A DNA stretch of 64,000 nt from a virus. The stretch lies in IMG/VR virus record IMGVR_UViG_3300006098_000001; one strand, written 5' to 3'. Positions 57,970 to 64,000 of the stretch are shown in pieces. Numbering within the stretch: position 1 is the first letter of the stretch; each line of letters opens with the position of its first letter. The position numbers were made by a program, and so were the translations under genes. The notes below the pieces were generated by a model that worked only from the letters and a program-made list of their open reading frames with translations, ran no database searches and was not told where the DNA came from.

Positions 57970-58593
57970 ATGGCTCAATTATTCTTTAAATATGGGGCGA
58001 TGAATGCTGGCAAGTCATTGTCCCTATTGACTACAGCACACAATTATCAAGAACAAGATAAAGATGTTTTGATCATGACCAGTGCCATAGATGATCGCTA
58101 TGGCGTTGGAAAGGTTTCAAGTCGAGTAGGATTAAGTTGTGAAGCACAACCAATTAAACAAGAAGATAACGTAATTGAATTGATTACAAAGTTATTGAAG
58201 TTAGACACAGAAGGAAAAACTGTTTGGCCACACTGTATTTTAATCGACGAAGCTGAATTCTTAACCGCACAGCAAGTCGTTGATTTAGCTAATATTGTTG
58301 ACACATATAATATTCCCATAATTTGTTATGGCTTACGGACTGATTTTCAATGCAATCTGTTTGAAGGCTCAAAAGCATTATTTGAAGTGGCCGACAAATT
58401 AGAAGAAATCAAAACAGTTTGTCAATGGTGTGACCACAAGGCAACAATGAATTTAAGAATGGTAGATGGCGCTCCAGCTTATGATGGAGATCAAATTCAA
58501 ATTGGTGACCAGGAATATATTTCGGTTTGCCGATACCACTACACAAATCCATTAATTCAAGTAACTAAGAATAAAAAAGAAAAGGAAGTATGA
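57970..58593 (+). CDS. tdk: thymidine kinase
   Basis: P-loop GAMNAGKS, plus IDEAEF, and a C-terminal Zn motif (CQWC...CRYHY). Confidence 0.85.
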   Translation: MAQLFFKYGAMNAGKSLSLLTTAHNYQEQDKDVLIMTSAIDDRYGVGKVSSRVGLSCEAQPIKQEDNVIELITKLLKLDTEGKTVWPHCILIDEAEFLTAQQVVDLANIVDTYNIPIICYGLRTDFQCNLFEGSKALFEVADKLEEIKTVCQWCDHKATMNLRMVDGAPAYDGDQIQIGDQEYISVCRYHYTNPLIQVTKNKKEKEV

Positions 58594-59219
58594 TATTTAT
58601 TTTGAACACTAAGAATAACAACGGCGCAAAGATTGCATTAACAGCTATGGGAGCATTCGCACTAGGTCTTGTAGCAACAGGAACAACAGCAAATGCCGAC
58701 ACAACTATTGACAGCAACCACGTGCAAGTAGAAGCGGGTGACACATTATCTGCCATCGCTCAAAAGCACGGAACCGACGTTGATACTCTTGTGCGTGAAA
58801 ATCATATTGCAAACAAACATTTAATTCACGTAGGAGATAAGTTGGTTGTTATGCCTGGTGTAAAGAACACCGATGTAAACGGGAAAGATACTGATAATCA
58901 TGTAACGAACCCTGTAACTACACCAACTAGCGACCAACAAACAACTACAACTAATGACACACCAGTTACTCAACAAGCACCCGCTACAAGCGGTATTTCA
59001 AGCAACTCAGCTAAGGAAGCTATCGCCCAAAAGGAATCTGGCGGTAGTTACACAGCTACAAACGGTAAGTATATTGGGCGCTACCAACTTGATGCGAGTT
59101 ATTTAAATGGTAATTACTCAATCGAAAATCAAGAAAAAGTGGCTGAACAATATGTGGCTCAAAGATACGGTAGTTGGGACGCTGCTTTAGCATTCCATAA
59201 TGCACATGGCTGGTACTAA
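58590..59219 (+). CDS. secreted LysM protein with an APF/IsaA-SceD-like transglycosylase-type C-terminal domain
   Basis: Signal peptide (...TGTTANA/DT), a LysM domain, a T/P-rich linker and AIAQKESGGSYTATNGKYIGRYQL...AHGWY. Confidence 0.6.
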   Translation: MIFILNTKNNNGAKIALTAMGAFALGLVATGTTANADTTIDSNHVQVEAGDTLSAIAQKHGTDVDTLVRENHIANKHLIHVGDKLVVMPGVKNTDVNGKDTDNHVTNPVTTPTSDQQTTTTNDTPVTQQAPATSGISSNSAKEAIAQKESGGSYTATNGKYIGRYQLDASYLNGNYSIENQEKVAEQYVAQRYGSWDAALAFHNAHGWY

Positions 59220-59269
59220 ACTTAATTTCATTGTACTTAATTAACTAAGTATGATATTATAATTATGTA

Positions 59270-59410
59270 AACAAAAAGAGCCATGCTGCAACATGACTCT
59301 TTCAGCGTCATCGGATTTTAGCGGTGGCAAGTTACTAACGTCATTTATTTTTATTAAACGAAGACTTCAGAAAACACTGCCCCGGTTCCAAAAGGCGGTG
59401 TTTTTCTTTT
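59270..59410 (+). ncRNA. candidate antisense sRNA of locus A
   Basis: A -10 TATAAT at 59258-59263 with an upstream TG. The 5' hairpin is shared with locus B. A terminator ACACTGCC...GGCGGTGT followed by TTTTCTTTT lies at 59374-59410. The RNA would be antisense to the 3' part of the minus-strand ORF. Confidence 0.4.
59272..59301 (-). terminator. terminator of the locus A mRNA (bidirectional hairpin)
   Basis: On the minus strand: AAGAGTCATG-ttgcag-CATGGCTCTT followed by TTTGTTT. It is homologous to the hairpin at 63013-63041. Confidence 0.6.
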
Positions 59411-59625
59411 GCATCTCTGTCTAATTCTGTGTCATTCGGTGGAGATTTCCACGTCAACACAACCCTTTTTGCAGCTCGGATTACTGTGCCCACTGCATCA
59501 ATACAGTAAGCCACACTGAGTAACAATAGGCGTAGAGCCAGAAATATTCCGACCAAGCCTAGTATCGTTACAATCATCCCAACCGCCCAGGGGCAACTTG
59601 ATTGCAAAAGTCCAATTAAGGACAA
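59341..59625 (-). CDS. small membrane protein (toxin candidate, locus A)
   Basis: TTG lies 13 nt after the conserved CGTAAGAAGGGAG leader. TM segment VGMIVTILGLVGIFLALRLLLLSVAY. Confidence 0.4.
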   Translation of the reverse strand: MSLIGLLQSSCPWAVGMIVTILGLVGIFLALRLLLLSVAYCIDAVGTVIRAAKRVVLTWKSPPNDTELDRDAKEKHRLLEPGQCFLKSSFNKNK

Positions 59626-59742
59626 ACTTCACGGCGCACTCCCTTCTTACGGATAGAGGAGAGTACCACGAACTTACGCTCATAGTGACCACCATCCTTC
59701 CATGGATTCGCGCCACCGCCATTAAATCTTTTTGACATTAAT

Positions 59743-59751
59743 ATTATATCA
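59743..59751 (-). promoter_or_regulatory. extended -10 promoter TGATATAAT (locus A mRNA)
   Basis: The minus strand reads cgTATGATATAATATTaat, identical in core to the 62608-62622 promoter. Confidence 0.55.
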
Positions 59752-59862
59752 TACGATTACAATAAAACAGTTAAACTATAGAATAATACTGCTCACAGCG
59801 TCTAAAATAATCCTTGACAAGTTTTGACTCCCACTAATTTACAAATGTGATACAATAACATT

Positions 59863-59929
59863 AAGGAAATCCAAATACGGATTCCTACCTTCCTAAGATG
59901 GCTCCACTTTATGTGGGGCTTTTCTTTTT
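59863..59929 (+). ncRNA. candidate short leader/sRNA upstream of the small recombinase
   Basis: An extended -10 TGATACAAT at 59848-59856. A hairpin GGAAATCC/GGATTCC is present. A terminator GCTCCAC-tttat-GTGGGGC followed by TTTTCTTTTT lies at 59901-59929. Confidence 0.35.
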
Positions 59930-59945
59930 ACTTATTTTTAGTAAA

Positions 59946-59974
59946 GAAGTGTTATTTGTTTTTAATAACACTTC
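59946..59974. promoter_or_regulatory. 11-7-11 perfect palindrome, candidate tyrosine-recombinase core site
   Basis: GAAGTGTTATT-tgttttt-AATAACACTTC. Confidence 0.5.
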
Positions 59975-60018
59975 CTAATTTAAGCTATTTTAGCACTCAT
60001 TTTTCTGGTAAAATAAAG

Positions 60019-60054
60019 AAGTGTTATAATTCTATATATCAAAAAATAACACTT
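60019..60054. promoter_or_regulatory. second inverted pair of the AAGTGTTAT motif, overlapping the recombinase promoter
   Basis: AAGTGTTAT-18 nt-ATAACACTT. The left arm overlaps the extended -10 gTGtTATAAT (60022-60030). Confidence 0.45.
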
Positions 60055-60069
60055 GTATTAGGTGGTTTT

Positions 60070-60663
60070 ATGAAACAGTTAGTCTTACCCATAAAAGACT
60101 CTTATGTGTTATCTGAAGTACAAGATACGTTACTAAATAACTTTAGAGCTGGTGTTAGAAACTACACTATCTTTCAAGTTGGAAAAGCTACCTTACTTCG
60201 AGTAAGTGACGTACTCAGATTAAAACAAGAAGATGTCTATGATAAATATGGTGAGGTAAAAAGAAATGCATTTATTAAAGACAAAAAGACGGGGAAGCAA
60301 AATACATTGTATTTAAAACCTGTCCGTGAAGATTTAGAAAATTACAAAAAATGGTTAGAAGAAAATGATTATTATTTAACAACGCCCTGGTTATTTCCTT
60401 CAACTACCAGACCCAACAAACATATTGATGAAAGGCAATATTATACGGTCATGCACGAAGTTGGAGATCTCTTGGACATTCCATATCTTGGAACACACAC
60501 TATGAGAAAGACTGGGGCATATCGAGTTTATGTACAGAGTAATTATAATATCGGATTAGTCATGTCATTACTTAACCATTCATCAGAAGAAATGACCCTG
60601 AGATATTTGGGATTAGATCAAGTATCCCGAGAAAGATTGTTGGACAAGGTCGATTTTGGGTAA
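60070..60663 (+). CDS. small (197-aa) tyrosine recombinase, catalytic domain only
   Basis: ATG follows AGGTGG. The catalytic pattern is R (LLRVSDVL), HxxR (GTHTMRKTG) and H...Y (LNHSSEEMTLRYLG). Confidence 0.7.
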   Translation: MKQLVLPIKDSYVLSEVQDTLLNNFRAGVRNYTIFQVGKATLLRVSDVLRLKQEDVYDKYGEVKRNAFIKDKKTGKQNTLYLKPVREDLENYKKWLEENDYYLTTPWLFPSTTRPNKHIDERQYYTVMHEVGDLLDIPYLGTHTMRKTGAYRVYVQSNYNIGLVMSLLNHSSEEMTLRYLGLDQVSRERLLDKVDFG

Positions 60664-60673
60664 GGAGAAAAAT

Positions 60674-60931
60674 ATGCAACCATTATATATTTTGCAGGGA
60701 CTTATATGTCTCAATATTCTATTTCAATTAATCGTTATTTCATTTTTTAATAGGAAGAAAAAGCATTGGATTGCCATTGCGCAAATGAGTTTAAGCGTTG
60801 TTGTTTTAGCTCTCGTCTCAACAGAGCTATTTGTTATTGGACGTGTCAACTTTCCAGTAGTGCTTACATTCATTATTCAATGCGCCTTGATTCGTATATT
60901 TTGGAAGACGCTTAGACAGTTCGAAAATTAA
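60674..60931 (+). CDS. small membrane protein (3 TM)
   Basis: ATG follows AAGGAG. Confidence 0.45.
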   Translation: MQPLYILQGLICLNILFQLIVISFFNRKKKHWIAIAQMSLSVVVLALVSTELFVIGRVNFPVVLTFIIQCALIRIFWKTLRQFEN

Positions 60932-60980
60932 CACTATATAATAGGAAGAAACTCGTTCAAAAAAGAAAAAGGTGAGGACT

Positions 60981-61655
60981 ATGGGAAGAAGATTTGGTAG
61001 CAAAAATGGTATGGGGACTGGTTCAACAAGGATGTCTAGGCATACTGGAAGTGGAAAATATGGTAGTGGTGGACGAAATTCTTCTATTCATGTTCCTACA
61101 CGGCCATTCTGGACAACTAAGAAATGGAAAAAGAAACCATTATCTGCCAAGATATTTGATATTGTTATTATGTTAGCTGGATTAGCAATTATTTTGGTTG
61201 TAGCTATGTTTCTTGTTAATGGCACAAAGAACGGAAATAATAACGAGAATGTAACATCTGTATATTCAAGTAATAGCAAGAAAAAGAAGAATTCATCTTT
61301 TAGGGATAAGAATGAAGGAGTAGAGGGGACAAAAGAAACCGAAGAGGGGAGTACAGATACTATAAAAAGTGGAACGATCGATTCTTCACTTTCTAGAGAA
61401 GAAAGTATCGCTCGTGAAGAATCTATTGGTAGAAGCCATAGAGAATATAAGGATGATAACAACGGAAATAATAGTCGAGAATATTATGATGCAGATAGTA
61501 TCTCATCTCGACTTCACATAACACCTACCCCTAAACGAAACCAGGACGAATACCCAAACCTGCAATCTCAGGAAACACCGCAACAAAGTCAATCCAATAA
61601 CACATCAACTCAACCAGCCAAAAATAATGCTCCACAACCAATTAGTCCACAATAA
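60981..61655 (+). CDS. low-complexity single-TM protein
   Basis: ATG follows AAAGGTGAGG. It has a basic G/S-rich N-terminus, one TM, and an N/S/E/Q-rich C-terminus. Confidence 0.4.
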   Translation: MGRRFGSKNGMGTGSTRMSRHTGSGKYGSGGRNSSIHVPTRPFWTTKKWKKKPLSAKIFDIVIMLAGLAIILVVAMFLVNGTKNGNNNENVTSVYSSNSKKKKNSSFRDKNEGVEGTKETEEGSTDTIKSGTIDSSLSREESIAREESIGRSHREYKDDNNGNNSREYYDADSISSRLHITPTPKRNQDEYPNLQSQETPQQSQSNNTSTQPAKNNAPQPISPQ

Positions 61656-61958
61656 GCCTTATTATTATTCCTGCTTAGACGAAACGAAAAATTAATTAAC
61701 ATATAGTTGATCATTTAGATTGCGCTGAGAGCTTGTTTTTAATGCTGAGTTGCAAGAAAAACTTCGGTAAAATAAAAAGGTAGATATTTTCCCACAAATA
61801 TCTCACCCCAATATTCATATACTAAAATCTCCCTCAAGGAATTTTAGTGAAAATATGTTTCTTTATAACCTTTTGACATTCTACAATGAGTAGGATGTCT
61901 TTTTTTATACTCTGAAGCAGGATAAATGCCAAGTTTTATGTTATGATATAATTAGGGT

Positions 61959-62045
61959 ATTATATGCTGCACAGTAAGAACCTAACAAAAATAGACATCT
62001 ATCATTACCTCAATTGAAGTAGTTAATAGATGCCTATTTTTCTTA
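61959..62045 (+). ncRNA. candidate sRNA
   Basis: An extended -10 TGATATAAT at 61944-61952. A terminator AATAGACATCTAT...ATAGATGCCTATT followed by TTTTCTTATTT. No plausible ORF. Confidence 0.35.
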
Positions 62046-62147
62046 TTTCTATCAATTGTCCCCCTGTGCAGGACACAAACCACCAATTTTATCATAACAT
62101 TAAAATAATACTATGATCAAGTATGACTAATAGGGTATAATATACCT

Positions 62148-62221
62148 AGTTACTATTTAGAGTAACTATTTTCATCTTCATTGGAGCTCCAGGACATCTT
62201 CCCAGTCCTGGACTTCTTTTT
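62148..62221 (+). ncRNA. candidate sRNA
   Basis: A -10 TATAAT at 62136-62141. A 5' hairpin AGTTACT/AGTAACT is present. A terminator TCCAGGAC-9 nt-GTCCTGGA followed by CTTCTTTTT. Confidence 0.35.
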
Positions 62222-62483
62222 ATCTATATGATATTTTTCACATTTTGTGCATAGTAAAAGACCGTCCTCGTATAACTTTGGCGAGTTGCAGGACGATCTT
62301 TTATTAGTTAATCTGTAACATGGCCACCGTCTTTTTAACGGGCCTGCTTTTTGCGTATCTATATTATAGCATGAAAGAAGGGAATTGAGTAGTCGGTGAA
62401 TACTTAGTGAGGTGTTCATGAGTCTTTTGTGTTATAACCAGTCATTAAAATTTTTATTTTAATGCGACGAAAATAAGGCAAAC

Positions 62484-62541
62484 AAAAAAACACCATCTAA
62501 TAAAGTTTTGACCGACTTTAGATGGTGCTTAGTCTCTACAT
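62484..62541 (-). ncRNA. candidate short sRNA sharing its 3' module with sRNA B
   Basis: A minus-strand -10 TATAAT (plus-strand 62548-62553). A 10-bp hairpin CACCATCTAA/TTAGATGGTG followed by T7. Confidence 0.35.
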
Positions 62542-62610
62542 TGTCTTATTATACACTATAGAAAAACTTAGTGTAAGTTGTAATCATTTAATTTCAAATA
62601 ATCTTTCCTA

Positions 62611-62619
62611 TGATATAAT
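62611..62619 (+). promoter_or_regulatory. extended -10 promoter TGATATAAT (locus B mRNA)
   Basis: cTATGATATAATATTt, the same core as the locus A promoter. Confidence 0.55.
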
Positions 62620-62751
62620 ATTTATGGATTATAAGGAAGCGTTGGTGGTTCCTAATCTCTGGTTTATAATACTGGAGGTGCTGCCAATGAAAGCAGTTAA
62701 ACAAACTTGACCCTAAGTTCAATTTTCGTAAGAAAGGAGAATGGCGGGTAA

Positions 62752-62901
62752 ATGAGTTTCAACAGCCTAGACCCATTTGAAGGCCTTGCAAAGGTTATTC
62801 GGGCTATGCGTGGACTCGATACCGGTGTGCAATATGCCACCCTTGCCACATTTGTAATTGTGGTTGGCATTATTGCGTTTACTATTTGCTATACGCACTA
62901 G
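62752..62901 (+). CDS. 49-aa membrane peptide (toxin candidate, locus B; below the ORF-track cutoff)
   Basis: ATG lies 12 nt after the conserved CGTAAGAAAGGAG. MSFNSLDPFEGLAKVIRAMRGLDTGVQYATLATFVIVVGIIAFTICYTH. Confidence 0.45.
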   Translation: MSFNSLDPFEGLAKVIRAMRGLDTGVQYATLATFVIVVGIIAFTICYTH

Positions 62902-62914
62902 CGTTAACAGCAAA

Positions 62915-63046
62915 TAAAAAACACCATTCGTGAGTTTAGCAGCGAACGATGGTGTTTAGTCTCAACGTCATTAAGAGATTAGGCATTATCAACAATACTT
63001 ATTAATCTCAGGAAGAGCTATGCTGCAACATAGCTCTTTTTGTTTA
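62915..63046 (-). ncRNA. candidate antisense sRNA of locus B
   Basis: A minus-strand -10 TATAAT (plus-strand 63054-63059). The 5' hairpin is shared with locus A. A minus-strand terminator CACCAT...ATGGTG followed by T6 lies at 62915-62954. Confidence 0.4.
63013..63041 (+). terminator. terminator of the locus B mRNA (bidirectional hairpin)
   Basis: AAGAGCTATG-ctgcaa-CATAGCTCTT followed by TTTGTTT. Confidence 0.7.
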
Positions 63047-63127
63047 CACAAGTATTATAACATCTTATGTTCGTTACGTACATAAAAATTAAAAAATCTT
63101 CTTGACATTGTTATTTTGTAATAATTA

Positions 63128-63364
63128 CTATGCTGCTTGCTCCATTTTAGTTAACTTAGTCCTCATCATTGCAGCTGCATGGCAATAAATTTCGTAACAA
63201 GGATCATCTTTTTCAAAGATTAATGCTTCGTTTAAATTAGGTGTCAAATATACTTCATTAACTTCAATATCAGAGGTCTTCATACCAAATCTACTCGTTA
63301 AGTGCTTGCCATCAACTCCACATACATATAACTGTCCAACCTTGATTAATTGAACTACTCCCGC
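63128..63364 (-). pseudogene. 3' fragment of an unknown gene abutting the IS end
   Basis: The frame is open from 63364 down to the stop at 63128-63130, with no start codon or SD at its 5' edge. That edge coincides with the IS right-end region. Confidence 0.35.
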
Positions 63365-63520
63365 TTATCTAAACCTACGGTTTAATGCTTGAAGTGGGAG
63401 ATTCTGGAAACATCGCATACTTACCCTACTGATTCTGAACGAACCTTCAAGCAGAGGTTACGACTATTAACCAAGGCTCGTCCCGAGCCTAACTTTATCT
63501 ATCGGATAGCTAATCCTTTT
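63362..63520 (-). ncRNA. omegaRNA / right-end (RE) region of an IS200/IS605-family element (extent approximate)
   Basis: Directly 3' of, and overlapping, the tnpB stop. Stems are AGGCTCG-gga-CGAGCCT, a long-range CTTGAAG/CTTCAAG pair, and AAACC-gta-GGTTT. Confidence 0.45.
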
Positions 63521-64000
63521 TGCAAGATGACTTGTGCAGCGTTAATATCACGATCTAAATGTTTACCACAGTTTGGACAATCCCACTCACGTACCGCTAA
63601 CCATTCCGATTTATTCAATCCTAACCGATGATTATTCTTCCCACAATTAGCACAAATTTGGCTAGTATATGACGGATTGACCTGAATAAGCTTTTTACCG
63701 TACCAGTCACACTTATATTGCAATATATCTACTAATTTTGACCAGCTAGCGTTAGCGATTCCTCTAGCTAAATGGTGATTTTTCATCATTCCCTTAGTAT
63801 TAAGTTTTTCCAACACAATAATGTCGTACTTTTTGACCAATTTAGTAGTGAATTTTTGTAGCTGTTCCAACCGTTGGTTGGCAATCTTTTGCCGATACTT
63901 CGCCACCATAATACGAGCTTTCTGATAATTCTTAAAATCGTCTAATTGCCGTGGAACTAACACTTTATTATGATGATCCCAGGCGATTTCCTGCTGGGCC
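63499..64000 (-). CDS. tnpB: TnpB (RNA-guided nuclease of IS200/IS605), C-terminal part; N-terminus lies beyond the window
   Basis: The RuvC/Zn-ribbon region reads NPSYTSQICANCG...WDCPNCGKHLDRDINAA. The frame stays open to nt 64000. Confidence 0.8.
   Translation of the reverse strand, partial: AQQEIAWDHHNKVLVPRQLDDFKNYQKARIMVAKYRQKIANQRLEQLQKFTTKLVKKYDIIVLEKLNTKGMMKNHHLARGIANASWSKLVDILQYKCDWYGKKLIQVNPSYTSQICANCGKNNHRLGLNKSEWLAVREWDCPNCGKHLDRDINAAQVILQKGLAIR

Larger units (their letters stand above)
63362..64000 (-). mobile_element. IS200/IS605-family insertion sequence, right part
   Basis: tnpB plus a structured RE. The left boundary is approximate. Confidence 0.6.

Noticed and set aside
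59498-59722. The relatively GC-rich 59.35-59.72 kb stretch as a possible structured RNA (tmRNA, RNase P or SRP RNA) or att site, and the 74-aa minus-strand ORF.
   Set aside because: No tmRNA, RNase P or SRP signature sequences were found. The region is better explained as the leader plus ORF of locus A. The 74-aa frame starts upstream of the predicted promoter-proximal leader and lacks the conserved SD spacing.
62153-62419. 88-aa minus-strand ORF with scattered Cys residues.
   Set aside because: It has no SD before the ATG. It runs antisense through a perfect plus-strand terminator and other hairpins. I still consider it unresolved rather than disproven.
62522-62710. 62-aa + strand ORF from the track.
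   Set aside because: Its ATG lies inside the 3' arm of a terminator hairpin, it has no SD, and it spans the locus B promoter.
59231-63090. The ~70-bp inverted repeats as the ends of a FimB/E-style promoter inverton.
   Set aside because: The repeats are whole promoter/terminator modules of two paralogous loci. Inversion between them would not rewire any promoter-gene pair that I can see. I keep it only as a testable side hypothesis under the locus B finding.

Overview
Bases 1 to about 59,200 are one co-directional (+ strand) segment of a large siphovirus-type phage or prophage. Protein families suggest a low-GC Firmicute host of the Lactobacillaceae type. The gene order is:
- scaffold, decoration-like protein and major capsid protein
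- connector proteins
- an FN3-bearing major tail protein
- a 2,386-aa multi-module fibre
- small proteins, then an XhlA-like protein and a holin
- a chaperone-like protein, a gp10-like protein and a 342-aa tyrosine recombinase
- a 3,029-aa tape measure
- baseplate and fibre genes
- a signal-peptide GH25/LysM endolysin, then an HNH endonuclease
- a 1,394-aa collagen-like/beta-helix spike
- a replication module: TOPRIM primase-like protein, PD-(D/E)XK nuclease, DnaE-type Pol III alpha, ATP ligase and a DUF1064 nuclease
- a C5-cytosine methyltransferase, many small proteins, thymidine kinase and a secreted LysM/transglycosylase-like protein

Non-coding signals seen directly in the sequence:
- a 26-nt element fused to a promoter, present three times at module boundaries
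- two covarying tRNA acceptor/T-arm-like minihelices, one after the capsid gene and one after the tail-tube gene
- a membrane-protein cassette bracketed by duplicated hairpins
- an SD-sequestering hairpin and a promoter-proximal terminator

Bases 59.2 to 64 kb are an AT-rich accessory region. It holds two mirror-image paralogous loci that look like type I toxin-antitoxin modules: a TGATATAAT promoter, a conserved leader/SD, a small membrane ORF, a shared terminator and a convergent sRNA. It also holds a 197-aa tyrosine recombinase preceded by an 11-7-11 core-type palindrome, several promoter-plus-terminator sRNA candidates, and the right end of an IS200/IS605-type element (partial tnpB plus an omegaRNA-like region) next to a truncated ORF.

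All function calls rest on motif recognition by eye. No database search was run.
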